Shown: piece after piece, positions 40,397 through 52,185 of the stretch | How positions within the stretch are numbered: the stretch's first letter is position 1 | Layout: every line of letters begins with the position of its first letter | NCBI GenBank assembly: GCA_019455325.1 | Contig: JACFMQ010000005.1 | Coordinates: 143,017-207,016, forward strand | DNA from: Rhodocyclaceae bacterium | Lineage (GTDB): Bacteria; Pseudomonadota; Gammaproteobacteria; Burkholderiales; Rhodocyclaceae | Length of the DNA: 64,000 nt | Direction: 5' to 3' | The notes under the pieces: generated by a model | Told to the model about the DNA's origin: nothing | Databases searched by the model: none | What the model saw: the letters and a program-made list of their open reading frames with translations, nothing else | Position numbers and translations under genes: made by a program

Positions 40397-41833
40397 ATGC
40401 TGCAACTGAGCCTCAACCCCGAGTCGGCGATGCCGCTCGTCGACCAGATCGTCGGCGGCATCCGCACGCACATCGACGACCGCCTGCTGCGCACCGGCAT
40501 GCGCCTGCCGCCGATCCGCGGCTTCGCCGAGCGGCACGCGGTCAGCCGCTTCACCGTCGTCGAGGCCTACGACCGGCTGGTCGCGCTCGGCTACGTCACC
40601 TCGCGCCGCGGCTCCGGCTTCTACGTCGCCGGCCGCAAGCCGGTGCCGGCGGCCGAGGCGCCGCCCGGCGAAATCGAGCGCGCCTTCGACAACGCCGGCG
40701 TCATGTACCAGAGCCTGGAGGACGCGCCGGAGCGCCTGAAGGCCGGCGTCGGCTGGCTGCCGCCGGAATGGATGGACGAGGAAGGCGTGCGCCGCAACCT
40801 GCGCGCGCTCGCCCGCCGCCCGGACGTGCACGCCACCACCTACGGCACGGCGCTCGGCTACCGGCCGCTGCGCGAGCAGTTGCAGGTCAAGCTCGCCGAC
40901 TTCGGCATCGGCGCCCAGCCGGACCAGATCATCCTCACGCACGGCGCCACGCAGGCGCTCGACATCGTCATCCGCACGCTGGTCCAGCCCGGCGACTGCG
41001 TGCTGGTCGACGACCCCGGCTACTGGAACCTGTTCGCCAACCTGCGCCTCTACGGCGCCAACCTCGTCGGCGTGCCGCGCAACGACCACGGCCCGGACCC
41101 GGACGCGCTCGAAGCGATCCTCGCCGAGCACCGGCCGAAGATCTTCTTCACGCACTCGGTGCTGCACAACCCGACCTCCGGCAACCTGACGCCGGCGACC
41201 GCCTTCCGCGTGCTGCAACTGGCCGAGAAGTACGATCTCCTGATCGTCGAGGACGACGCCTACAGCGACTTCCATCCCGGCCCGGCGACGCGGCTGGCGC
41301 AGCTCGACCAGTTGCAGCGCGTGGTCTACGTCGGCAGCTTCGCCAAGACGCTCTCCGCCGACCTGCGCGTCGGCTTCCTCGCCTGCCGGCCGGAACTGCG
41401 CGCGCGCTTCGCCGACGTCAAGATCGTCTCCTGCGTGTCCACGTCCGAGTTCGCCGAGCGCCTGGTGTACCTGATGCTCACCGAGGGCCACTACCGCAGG
41501 CTGATCGAGCGCGTGCAGGGGCGGCTGGCCGATGCCACCAGCCGCACGCTGCGCATGCTTGAACGCAGCGGGCTGAAGCCGCACGGCGAACCGAAGGGGG
41601 GAATGTTCGTCTGGGCCGAGGCGCCGGGCATCGGCGACGCCGCCTGCCTGGCCGGCGACGCGGCGGCGCGCGGCATCATGCTGGCGCCGGGCGGCATCTT
41701 CCGGCCGCAGCAGCAGTCTTCGCCGTGCCTGCGCTTCAACGTCGCCTACGCGCTCGACAGGCGGCTCGAACGCTACCTCGGCGAAGCCCTGCCGCGGCTG
41801 GCCGGCGGCCGCTCGCTCAGCGCGATTCCTTGA
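40397..41833 (+). CDS. MocR/GabR-type regulator (GntR HTH + PLP aminotransferase-like domain)
   Basis: 478 aa. N-terminal RLPPIRGFAERHAVSRFTVVEAYDRLVALGYV. C-terminal fold-type I aminotransferase-like domain (SFAKTLSADLRVGF). Confidence 0.85.
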   Translation: MLQLSLNPESAMPLVDQIVGGIRTHIDDRLLRTGMRLPPIRGFAERHAVSRFTVVEAYDRLVALGYVTSRRGSGFYVAGRKPVPAAEAPPGEIERAFDNAGVMYQSLEDAPERLKAGVGWLPPEWMDEEGVRRNLRALARRPDVHATTYGTALGYRPLREQLQVKLADFGIGAQPDQIILTHGATQALDIVIRTLVQPGDCVLVDDPGYWNLFANLRLYGANLVGVPRNDHGPDPDALEAILAEHRPKIFFTHSVLHNPTSGNLTPATAFRVLQLAEKYDLLIVEDDAYSDFHPGPATRLAQLDQLQRVVYVGSFAKTLSADLRVGFLACRPELRARFADVKIVSCVSTSEFAERLVYLMLTEGHYRRLIERVQGRLADATSRTLRMLERSGLKPHGEPKGGMFVWAEAPGIGDAACLAGDAAARGIMLAPGGIFRPQQQSSPCLRFNVAYALDRRLERYLGEALPRLAGGRSLSAIP

Positions 41834-43202
41834 TCAGCCGGCCGAAGCTCGGCTGGATCGGGCGGGCGTTGTTGCGGTAGAGGCGGGAAAAGATGGCGAT
41901 CTGCTCGGCCGAGACCGGCACCGGCTGCTTGAGCACCAGCCACTGCACGTTCTCGGTGCACGGCGGCGTCGTCAGCGAGCCCATGTAGGTGTAGTAGCTG
42001 TGGTCGGCCGGCAGGAACTTGGCCGGGTCGACGACCACGTTCGGCGGCGTCACGTCCTCGTTCTTCTCCAGCGGCAGGTAGTTCCACAGCGTCTGCACGA
42101 AGGAGTTCTCCTCGCCGCGCTCCATAAGCACGGCGACGACCGCCAGCCGGCCGTCCTCGGACTTGTGCACGAAGTGCGCCGACATCTCGAAGCTGCGGCC
42201 GTTCACGCGCTCCTCGGACGGGCGGTGGAAATGGAGGTGGAGCAGCTCGTAGGTCTTGCCGAGCAGGCCGATGCTGCTGCCGCCGACCGCCACCTGCACG
42301 CTGTGGCCGTTGTCGACGATGCGGAACTGCGACGGACGCCAGGAGAACTCGATCGCCGGCTGGTCGACGCGGATGCCGTCGCGGATGTCGATCGGCGACT
42401 GCCGCTTGCCGCTGGCGCAGGTCGCGTACTCCGGCTTCAGCTTGCCCCAGTGGTCCGGACCGCCCTCGCCCTCGTAGGACCAGGGGATGTTGGCGTAGGA
42501 GCGGGTCGGTTCGACCGCCGGCGCCGCGACTGGCGCCGGCCTCGGCTTCGGCGCCGGGCGTGCCGCCGGTTGCGGTGCCGCGGCAACCGGCGCGGGCGCC
42601 GGTGCGGCGGCCGGCTTGGGCGCTGGCGCGGCCGCCGCCGGCGCGGCGCCGCCTTCGGCGACCGGCAGCGTCGCCGTCTTCACGTTCTTGCGGATTTCCT
42701 TGTTCACCTGCTGCTGGATCATCGCCTCGTTGGCGCGGCGCAGGTCGCCGGCAGCGGCGTCCGCCCGCTCGGCCAGCTTGGCGGCCGCGCCCTGCGCCGC
42801 CACCGCCGAGCGCGGCCGGCACACCTCGCGCAGCAGCTTGTCCTCCAGGCTGCCGGAGCGCACCGGCAGCTCGGCCACCGAGCGCACCTCCTCCTCGCGC
42901 AGCAGCTCGCCGTCCGCCTTGCGCCAGGTGCGCTTGAGCGTGGCGAAGGTGCGCAGCGAGCAGTCGTAGCGCGTCAGTGCCTCGATGCTCTTGTAGTTCT
43001 CCGAGCTGCGCGGGTCGACCAGTTCCTTCTCGAACAGGATGCGGCCGAGGGCGACGTGCCGGTTTCCGTCTTCCTTCTGCACGCTCGCTGGATCGATCTC
43101 GATGCGCCTCGCGGCGTCGGACGAAATGGCGACCCACGCCGCCTGCGCGCCGAGCGGCGCGGCGGCGGCGAGCATGAATGCGGCGGCGATGTGCTGGCGC
43201 AT
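41817..43202 (-). CDS. secreted alpha-carbonic anhydrase with an N-terminal adhesin-E-like domain and Pro/Ala linker
   Basis: Start MRQHIAAAFMLAAAAPLGAQA at 43202. The C-terminal half carries alpha-CA motifs (SPIDI, HLHFH, AHFVH, YYTYMGSLTTPPCTE). See findings for the N-terminal ~120 aa. Confidence 0.85.
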   Translation of the reverse strand: MRQHIAAAFMLAAAAPLGAQAAWVAISSDAARRIEIDPASVQKEDGNRHVALGRILFEKELVDPRSSENYKSIEALTRYDCSLRTFATLKRTWRKADGELLREEEVRSVAELPVRSGSLEDKLLREVCRPRSAVAAQGAAAKLAERADAAAGDLRRANEAMIQQQVNKEIRKNVKTATLPVAEGGAAPAAAAPAPKPAAAPAPAPVAAAPQPAARPAPKPRPAPVAAPAVEPTRSYANIPWSYEGEGGPDHWGKLKPEYATCASGKRQSPIDIRDGIRVDQPAIEFSWRPSQFRIVDNGHSVQVAVGGSSIGLLGKTYELLHLHFHRPSEERVNGRSFEMSAHFVHKSEDGRLAVVAVLMERGEENSFVQTLWNYLPLEKNEDVTPPNVVVDPAKFLPADHSYYTYMGSLTTPPCTENVQWLVLKQPVPVSAEQIAIFSRLYRNNARPIQPSFGRLIKESR

Positions 43203-43293
43203 GGCGCGGCTCCCTGGCAATCGATTCTTCGTTCTCGTAACGTAAACGAATCGGCCGTGGGCGGCAAAACTTTAGTCCGGCGCCTGGCTTTCC

Positions 43294-43322
43294 TTGCCAT
43301 CGCCCTGATTTTCAAGTAATTT
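43294..43322 (+). promoter_or_regulatory. sigma70-like promoter of the thiC leader
   Basis: TTGCCA-N17-TAATTT, placing the transcription start at about the 5' edge of the TPP aptamer. Confidence 0.45.
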
Positions 43323-43324
43323 GC

Positions 43325-45419
<2,095 letters not shown>

Positions 45420-45447
45420 TCCGCCAGGACACGGTATTGGTATTGCG

Positions 45448-45759
45448 ATGATCTCCGCCGAAGCCCTGCAAGCCGCCATCGGGGCGGTAGCCGCTGACGA
45501 CAAGCCGAAGCGCATCGTACTCTTCGGCTCGTACGCCCGCGGCGACGCCACCGACGATTCCGATCTCGACCTGCTTGTCATCGAAGAAGCGGTCGACGAC
45601 CGGGCTCGCGAAATGGTTCGCTTGCGCAGGCTGCTGCGTCCCTTACGGGTGCCGGCGGACATTCTCGTCTATTCGGAAGACGAAGTCGCGCGCTGGGGCG
45701 ACCAACCTGGGTCGGCGCTTTACTGGGCTCTACGCGAGGGAAAGGTTGTTCATGGCTGA
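45448..45759 (+). CDS. minimal nucleotidyltransferase (MNT/MntA-type antitoxin-like)
   Basis: 103 aa. GSYARGDATDDSDLDLLV is the pol-beta NTase GSxxRG...DxD motif. Confidence 0.8.
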   Translation: MISAEALQAAIGAVAADDKPKRIVLFGSYARGDATDDSDLDLLVIEEAVDDRAREMVRLRRLLRPLRVPADILVYSEDEVARWGDQPGSALYWALREGKVVHG

Positions 45760-45844
45760 AGCCTCGGTCGCGCAATTGTTGCTGGCCGCAGCGCGCCAGG
45801 ACTGGGCGGCGAGCAACGACCGAATCTCGCCGGCTCCCCCTTGA
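45752..45844 (+). pseudogene. truncated HEPN-like ORF (30 codons) overlapping the MNT stop
   Basis: [33 protein letters not shown] overlaps the MNT 3' end, as in MNT-HEPN pairs. Only the first helix-like segment is present, and there is no RxxxxH motif. Confidence 0.4.
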
Positions 45845-46143
45845 ACTGTCGCCCCCACTGCGCCGCCTGCTGCATCGCCCCGTCGATCGCCAGCCCCTTG
45901 CCCGGCATGCCGCACGGCAAGCCGGCCGGCGTGCGCTGCGTGCAGCTCGACGACGCCGACCGCTGCCGTATCTTCGGCCGCCCCGAGCGGCCGGCCTTCT
46001 GCGCCGGCCTCAAGCCTTCGGCCGAGATGTGCGGCGAGACGCGGGAACAGGCGATGGTCTGGCTGGCGCGGCTGGAGCGGGAAACCGCGCCCGAGCTTGC
46101 CCCCGCTCCCCGGCCGGCGGCTGCGCTCGCGCGCCGGGTGTAA
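45841..46143 (+). CDS. YkgJ-family cysteine-cluster protein
   Basis: 100 aa. (M/L)[15 protein letters not shown]...[25 protein letters not shown]. Only a TTG start is available, embedded in the stop of the HEPN stump (cTTGAa). Confidence 0.7.
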   Translation: MNCRPHCAACCIAPSIASPLPGMPHGKPAGVRCVQLDDADRCRIFGRPERPAFCAGLKPSAEMCGETREQAMVWLARLERETAPELAPAPRPAAALARRV

Positions 46144-46170
46144 ACTGCGGGCTTTTCCGCCCGCCCCCGC

Positions 46171-46995
46171 ATGGACGCCCTGCTCCTCCTGAAAGCCCTG
46201 CTCCTCGGCGTCGTCGAGGGTCTCACCGAATTCCTGCCGGTGTCCTCCACCGGCCACCTGATCGTCGTCGGCGACCTGATCGACTACAACGACGAGACGA
46301 GCAAGGTCTTCAAGATCGTCATCCAGCTCGCCGCCATCCTCGCCGTCTGCTGGGACTACCGCGAGCGCCTGACGCGCGTCGCCGCCGGCCTCGGTAACGA
46401 TCCGGCCGCCCGCCGCTTCGTCGGCCTGCTCTTTGTCGGCTTCCTGCCGGCGGCGGTGCTCGGCTTTCTCTTCCATTCGACGATCAAGAACGTGCTGTTC
46501 AACCCGATCACCGTCGCCACGGCGCTGATCGTCGGCGGCTTCGTCATCCTCTGGCTCGAAAAGCGCGCCTATCACCCGCGCATCGGCACGGTGGACGAAA
46601 TGCGCTGGCCGGATGCGCTCAAGGTCGGCTTCGCGCAGGCGCTGGCGATGATCCCCGGCACCTCGCGCTCCGGTGCGACGATCATGGGCGGGCTGTTCTT
46701 CGGCCTGTCGCGGAAGACGGCGGCCGAGTTCTCGTTCTTCCTCGCCATTCCGACCATGTTTGCGGCGACCGCCTACGACGTCTACAAGAACTGGGCGCTG
46801 CTGCGCGTCGAAGACCTGCCGGTGTTCGCCGTCGGCTTCGTCGCCTCCTTCGTCACCGCGATGTGGGCCGTGCGTGCCTTCATCCGCTTCGTCTCCAGCC
46901 ACACCTTCGTCGTCTTCGCCTGGTACCGCATCGTCTTCGGCGCGCTCGTCCTGGCGAGCGCCTGGACCGGCGTCGTCGACTGGTCGCATGGCTGA
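46171..46995 (+). CDS. uppP: undecaprenyl-diphosphate phosphatase
   Basis: 274 aa. [18 protein letters not shown] and [10 protein letters not shown] motifs. Confidence 0.95.
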   Translation: MDALLLLKALLLGVVEGLTEFLPVSSTGHLIVVGDLIDYNDETSKVFKIVIQLAAILAVCWDYRERLTRVAAGLGNDPAARRFVGLLFVGFLPAAVLGFLFHSTIKNVLFNPITVATALIVGGFVILWLEKRAYHPRIGTVDEMRWPDALKVGFAQALAMIPGTSRSGATIMGGLFFGLSRKTAAEFSFFLAIPTMFAATAYDVYKNWALLRVEDLPVFAVGFVASFVTAMWAVRAFIRFVSSHTFVVFAWYRIVFGALVLASAWTGVVDWSHG

Positions 46996-47896
46996 TCCGG
47001 CGGCGACCGTGGCCGGCGAGTCCGGCTACGCCCTGCCCGGGCCGCATGCCGTCGCCATCGACGACGGCGAATGGTTCGACGCCGGCCGCGGCCGCCGGCT
47101 GCGCTGGCGCCGCTACCGGCCGCAGGTCGCCGCCACCGCGCCAACGCCGTGCGTCGTCCATTCGCACGGCCTCGGCGGATCGCGCGAGAGCGGCGCCGAC
47201 TGGCTCGCGCACTGGGCTTCGTGGGGAATCGCCGGCGTCGCCGTGCAGCATCCGGGCACCGATGCCGACGCCTGCGCTTCCGATTCGCCGCTGGCGCTGC
47301 GCCACCTGCTGCGCACGGCGGTCGATGCGGCGCAGCTCGCCGCCCGCCGGCACGACCTGCAGTTCGCGCTCGACCGGATCGCCGAAGAAGCGCCGCCGGC
47401 CATCGGCCTTTCCGGCCATTCCTTCGGCGCCGCCAGCGCGCTGCGCCTGATCGGCGAACGGCGCGGCGGCGACGACCGGCCGGCCGACCCGCGCATCGCC
47501 GCCGCCGTTCTCTTCAGCCCGTCGGCGCGCGGCGGCAGCCTGCCGCTCGCCGAACGCTTCGCCGGCGTGGCGATGCCGTGCCTGCACCTCACCGGCAGCC
47601 GCGACGACGGCATCGGCCCCGGCGACATCGCGGCCGCCGACCGCCGCCTACCGTTCGCGCACATGCCGGGGCCGGACAAATACCTGCTGTCGCTCGACGG
47701 CGCGACGCATCCGGATTTCGCCGGCATGGCGGTGCGGCCGCCGGCGCCGGCCCGGCCGGGCGCGGCCGCGCTCAAGGCGGTCAGCCTCGGCTTCTGGCGC
47801 GCGTACCTGGCCGCCGATGCGGCCGCCGCCGCCTGGCTGTCGGCCGACGACGGCCCGCTCCCCGGCGTCGCCGGACAATGGCTGCGCAAGCGATGA
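46988..47896 (+). CDS. alpha/beta hydrolase (dienelactone hydrolase / PAF-acetylhydrolase-like)
   Basis: ATG 46988 overlaps the uppP stop. Nucleophile elbow [19 protein letters not shown]. Confidence 0.65.
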   Translation: MADPAATVAGESGYALPGPHAVAIDDGEWFDAGRGRRLRWRRYRPQVAATAPTPCVVHSHGLGGSRESGADWLAHWASWGIAGVAVQHPGTDADACASDSPLALRHLLRTAVDAAQLAARRHDLQFALDRIAEEAPPAIGLSGHSFGAASALRLIGERRGGDDRPADPRIAAAVLFSPSARGGSLPLAERFAGVAMPCLHLTGSRDDGIGPGDIAAADRRLPFAHMPGPDKYLLSLDGATHPDFAGMAVRPPAPARPGAAALKAVSLGFWRAYLAADAAAAAWLSADDGPLPGVAGQWLRKR

Positions 47897-48471
47897 AGGC
47901 GGGCGGCGCGCGGGGGCTGCTCTACCTGCACGGCTTCCGCTCCTCTCCCCTGTCGTGGAAGGCCCGCCTGCTCGGCGAGGCGATGGCCGCGCACGGGCTG
48001 GCCGACCGCTTCCACTGCCCGGCGCTGTCGCACGATCCGGTCGCGGCCGTGGCGCAGGCCGAGGCCGCTCTCGCCGAGCACGGGCCGTGCACGCTGGTCG
48101 GCAGCTCGCTCGGCGGCTACTACGCGACCTGGCTGGCCGAGAAGCACGACCTCGCCGCTGTGCTGATCAACCCGGCGGTGGTCGCGCCGCTGTCGCTGGA
48201 AGCCTATGTCGGGCCGCAGACCAACCTCTACACCGGCGAAACCTTCGCGTTCACCGCGGCGCACGTCGCCGCGCTGCACGCGCTGAAGGCGCCGGCGATC
48301 ACGCCGGCGCGCTACTGGCTGCTGGTCGAGGAAGGCGACGAGGTGCTCGATTACCGCGAGGCCGTCCGCCGCTACGCCGGCTGCCGGCAGACGGTGCTGC
48401 CGGGCGGCGACCACGGCTTCACCCGCTTTCCCGATTTCGTGCCGCAGATCGTTGAATCCTGCGGGTTATAA
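47893..48471 (+). CDS. yqiA: YqiA-type esterase (UPF0227)
   Basis: ATG 47893 overlaps the upstream stop. LLYLHGFRSSPLS, GSSLGGYYA. Confidence 0.8.
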   Translation: MKAGGARGLLYLHGFRSSPLSWKARLLGEAMAAHGLADRFHCPALSHDPVAAVAQAEAALAEHGPCTLVGSSLGGYYATWLAEKHDLAAVLINPAVVAPLSLEAYVGPQTNLYTGETFAFTAAHVAALHALKAPAITPARYWLLVEEGDEVLDYREAVRRYAGCRQTVLPGGDHGFTRFPDFVPQIVESCGL

Positions 48472-48479
48472 TCGGCCGG

Positions 48480-50390
48480 ATGTTTGTCCTTTTCGAAGAA
48501 GACGGCGCCTTCAAGACCGGTTCCCTGCTCGCCGACAACGATGCTTCGTTGCAGGTCGAGACGGTTTCGGGGAAGCGCGCCAAGATCAAGGCGGCGAATG
48601 TGCTGCTGCGTTTCCGGGAGCCCGCGGCGAGCGTTCTGCTCGACGCCGCGGAGCCGCTGGCCGAGGGTATCGAGGCCGAATTTCTCTGGGAGTGCGCCGG
48701 CGATGGCGAATTTTCTTTTCTTGATTTTGCCCGCGACTACTACGGACACGAAGCCTCGCCGCTCGAAGCGACTGCGATCCTGCTGGCCCTGCACGCAGCG
48801 CCGGTCTACTTCCATCGCAAGGGCAAGGGCCGCTTCAGGAAGGCTCCTGCCGACATTCTGGCAGCCGCTCTGGCCGGTCTTGAAAAGAAGCGTCAGCAAG
48901 CGCTCGCCATCGAGCGCATGGTCGAGACGCTGAAGGCCGGCGCGCTGCCGCCGGAGTTTCCGCCGCTGCTGCGCGAACTGCTCTACAAGCCGGACCGCAA
49001 CAAGCCCGAGACCAAGGCGCTGGAAGCCGCCTGCGCCGACCTCGGCGTCGCCGCCGTGCAGCTTCTGGCGCGCTGCGGCGCGATCCGTTCGGCGCACGAC
49101 TATCACTACCAGCGCTTCCTCCACGAGTATTTTCCGCGCGGCACCGGCTTTGCCGATGTGCCGGTGCCCGATCCCGATGCCGGCCTGGCGCGCGCCGAGG
49201 TGCGCGCCTTTTCGATCGACGACGCGGCGACCACCGAGATCGACGACGCCTTCTCGGTCGTGGCGCTGCCCGGCATCGGCTGGCGCGTCGGCATCCACAT
49301 CGCGGCGCCGGGGCTCGGCATCCGGCCCGGCTCGCCGCTCGACGCGATCGCCCGCGAGCGGCTGTCGACGGTCTACATGCCGGGCAGCAAGATCACCATG
49401 CTGCCGGACGCGGTGGTCGAACGCTACACGCTGTCGGCCGGCCGCGACTGTCCGGCGGTGTCGATGTACCTGACGGTGACGCCGGAACTGGAGATCGTCG
49501 GTCACGAGTCGCGGCTGGAGATCGTGCCGGTGGTCGCCAACCTGCGCCATCACGAGATCGAGCCGCTGTTCAACGACGCCACGCTGGCCGCCGGCCTGCC
49601 CGACTTCCCGTTCCGCGACGAGCTGCGGCTCCTGTGGCAACTGGCCTGCGCCTGCGAGGGGCGGCGCGGTAAGCCCTCGGCGGTGCAGGGCGTGAACGAC
49701 TACAACTTCGCCATCGTCGGCGACCTCGCCGACGCCGAGAACTGCCGCGTCGAGATCGAGGAAAGGAAACGCGGCAGCCCGCTCGACAAGCTCGTCGCCG
49801 AGCTGATGATCGTCGCCAACAGCACCTGGGGCGGGCTGCTCGCCGACAAGAACGTCGCCGCCATCTACCGCGCGCAGACCGCCGGCAAGGCGCGCATGAC
49901 GACCTCGCCGCTGCCGCACGAGGGGCTCGGCGTGGCGCAGTACGCGTGGTCTTCGTCGCCGCTGCGCCGCTACGTCGACCTGATCAACCAGTGGCAGTTG
50001 ATTTCCCACCTGCAGGATCTGACGCCGCACTTCGGCGGCAAGGGCAAGAACAGCAACGACGCGCTGTTCGCGGCGATGCGCGACTTCGACCTGACCTACG
50101 CCGCCTACGCCGAGTACCAGCGCGGCATGGAGCGTTACTGGTGCCTGCGCTGGCTGCGCCAGCACGGGCTCTCCGCGATCGACGCGACCGTGCGCCGCGA
50201 GAACCTGGTCAAGCTCGACCACCTGCCGCTCGTGCAGCGCGTGCCCTCGCTGCCCGAGCTGCCGCCGGGCCAGCGCGTGCGGCTGGCGCTCGGCGGCATG
50301 GACGAGCTGACGCTGGAACTCGACTGCCGCTATGTGGAAACGCTCGGCGCCGCGGAGGCCGTCGCCGACGACGAGGTGACGGACGACTGA
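48480..50390 (+). CDS. RNB-domain 3'-5' exoribonuclease (RNase II/R family)
   Basis: 636 aa. RNB motif I TTEIDDAFSV. Conserved ...SSPLRRYVDL. Confidence 0.85.
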   Translation: MFVLFEEDGAFKTGSLLADNDASLQVETVSGKRAKIKAANVLLRFREPAASVLLDAAEPLAEGIEAEFLWECAGDGEFSFLDFARDYYGHEASPLEATAILLALHAAPVYFHRKGKGRFRKAPADILAAALAGLEKKRQQALAIERMVETLKAGALPPEFPPLLRELLYKPDRNKPETKALEAACADLGVAAVQLLARCGAIRSAHDYHYQRFLHEYFPRGTGFADVPVPDPDAGLARAEVRAFSIDDAATTEIDDAFSVVALPGIGWRVGIHIAAPGLGIRPGSPLDAIARERLSTVYMPGSKITMLPDAVVERYTLSAGRDCPAVSMYLTVTPELEIVGHESRLEIVPVVANLRHHEIEPLFNDATLAAGLPDFPFRDELRLLWQLACACEGRRGKPSAVQGVNDYNFAIVGDLADAENCRVEIEERKRGSPLDKLVAELMIVANSTWGGLLADKNVAAIYRAQTAGKARMTTSPLPHEGLGVAQYAWSSSPLRRYVDLINQWQLISHLQDLTPHFGGKGKNSNDALFAAMRDFDLTYAAYAEYQRGMERYWCLRWLRQHGLSAIDATVRRENLVKLDHLPLVQRVPSLPELPPGQRVRLALGGMDELTLELDCRYVETLGAAEAVADDEVTDD

Positions 50391-50391
50391 G

Positions 50392-51273
50392 ATGGCGCCG
50401 GGGCTGCCATCGTTCGTCACCCGCCTGTTACCCGCGGCAATCACCCTGCCGTTCGCCCTGGGCATTTCGATCGCCCTGCATGCGGCGGTGCTGGCGGTGA
50501 ATTTCCGCTTTCCCGACGCCTCGCGCCTGGTCAAGGACAAGGCGCTGGAAATCATCCTGGTCAACGCCCAGTCCGTGCGCCGCCCGTCGGAGGCGCAGGC
50601 GCTGGCGCAGGTCCGCCTCGACGGCGGCGGCAACGTCGACGACAACCGGCGGGCGAGGACGCCGTTGCCGCCGTCGGCCAGCCGGCAGGCCGGCAGCGAG
50701 CTGGAGCAGAAGCAGCGCCGCGTGCACGAGCTGGAAGCGCGCCAGCAGAAGCTGCTCGCGCAGACGCAGAGCGAGGTCGCGGCCGTGCCGCAGGAGCCGG
50801 CCGAGGCACAGCCGGCGCCGACGCCGGTGCTTTCCGGCCGCGAGCTGGCCTCGTCGGCGCTGGCCATGGCGCGTCTGGAAGCGGAGATCGCGAAGAACGT
50901 CGACGAGTACAACAAGCGGCCGCGCAAGCGGAACATCGGCACGCGCGCCGACGAATACCGCTTCGCGCAGTACGTCGAAGACTGGCGGCTGAAGGTCGAG
51001 CGCGTCGGCACGCTGAACTACCCGGAGGCGGCGAAGGGCCGGCTCTACGGCAGCCTGGTGCTGTCGGTGAGCATCCTGAGCGACGGCGCCGTGCAGAAGA
51101 TCGAGATCAACCGCAGCTCCGGACACAAGGTGCTCGACGAGGCGGCGCTGCGCATCGTGCAGATGGCCGCGCCCTACGCGCCCTTCCCGCCCGACGTCCG
51201 GCGCGATACCGACATCATCGAGATCACCCGCACCTGGACCTTCACGCGCGGCGACGCGCTGCAGACCCGCTGA
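50392..51273 (+). CDS. TonB-family protein (C-terminal TonB domain)
   Basis: 293 aa. N-terminal TM segment, a charged/Pro-containing middle, and C-terminal YPEAAKGRLYGSLVLSVSILSDGAV...LDEAALRIV. Confidence 0.75.
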   Translation: MAPGLPSFVTRLLPAAITLPFALGISIALHAAVLAVNFRFPDASRLVKDKALEIILVNAQSVRRPSEAQALAQVRLDGGGNVDDNRRARTPLPPSASRQAGSELEQKQRRVHELEARQQKLLAQTQSEVAAVPQEPAEAQPAPTPVLSGRELASSALAMARLEAEIAKNVDEYNKRPRKRNIGTRADEYRFAQYVEDWRLKVERVGTLNYPEAAKGRLYGSLVLSVSILSDGAVQKIEINRSSGHKVLDEAALRIVQMAAPYAPFPPDVRRDTDIIEITRTWTFTRGDALQTR

Positions 51274-51369
51274 GGAAAAGCATATGAGCCGCCCAGCACC
51301 CGGAGCCGCAGCGCGGCGAACCGCGATCGCCCCCTCCCGCGGGGAGGGGGTCGGGGGGAGGGTCGTCCC

Positions 51370-52185
51370 ATGACCGACCGCTACTGCGTCTTCGGCAACC
51401 CGATCGGCCACAGCAAGTCGCCGGCGATCCACGCCATGTTCGCCCGGCAGACCGGCGAAGACCTCGTCTATGAAGCGCGCCTGGCACCGCTCGACGGCTT
51501 CGCCGCGAGCGTGCGCGACTTCGTCGCCGAGGGCGGGCGCGGCGCCAACGTCACCGTGCCGTTCAAGGAGGAAGCCTTCCGCCTGTGCAACGCGCTCAGC
51601 GAGCGCGCGCGGCTGGCCGGCGCGGTGAACACGCTCTCTTTCGCCGACGGCCGCATCGCCGGCGACAACACCGACGGCGCCGGCCTCGTGCGCGACCTCG
51701 CGGAGAACCTGGCGACGCCGCTCGCCGGCCGCCGCATCCTGCTGCTCGGCGCCGGCGGCGCGGCGCGCGGCGCGCTCGGCCCGCTGCTCGAACGGCGGCC
51801 GGCGGCGCTCGTCGTCGCCAACCGCACGGCGGCGCGCGCCGACGAACTGGCGCGGCATTTCGCCGCGCTCGGCCCGGTGCGCGGCGGCGGCTTCGCCGAG
51901 CTTGCCGGCGAAGCCTTCGATCTCGTCGTCAACGCCACCTCGGCGAGTCTCGCCGGCGAGGCGCCGCCGCTGCCGGACGGCGTCTTCGCGCCCGGCGCGC
52001 TGGCCTACGACATGATGTACGGCAAGGGCGACACCGCCTTCCTCGCGCTCGCCCGCCGCCTCGGCGCCGCGCGGCTGGCCGACGGCCTCGGCATGCTCGT
52101 CGAGCAGGCCGCCGAAGCCTTCCACGTCTGGCGCGGGGTGCGGCCGGAAACGGCGCCGGTGCTGGCCGCGCTGCGCGCCGCATGA
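51370..52185 (+). CDS. aroE: shikimate dehydrogenase
   Basis: 271 aa. [40 protein letters not shown]. Confidence 0.93.
   Translation: MTDRYCVFGNPIGHSKSPAIHAMFARQTGEDLVYEARLAPLDGFAASVRDFVAEGGRGANVTVPFKEEAFRLCNALSERARLAGAVNTLSFADGRIAGDNTDGAGLVRDLAENLATPLAGRRILLLGAGGAARGALGPLLERRPAALVVANRTAARADELARHFAALGPVRGGGFAELAGEAFDLVVNATSASLAGEAPPLPDGVFAPGALAYDMMYGKGDTAFLALARRLGAARLADGLGMLVEQAAEAFHVWRGVRPETAPVLAALRAA

Noticed and set aside
42560-42760. Pro/Ala-rich repeat region as a separate gene or a collagen/extensin-like repeat protein
   Set aside because: It is in frame with, and continuous between, the N-terminal domain and the CA domain. I interpret it as an interdomain linker.
48372-51011. 879-aa minus-strand ORF opposite the RNase II-family and tonB-like genes
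   Set aside because: Low-complexity R/A/G/V translation with no motifs. The opposite strand carries clear RNB and TonB-C signatures.
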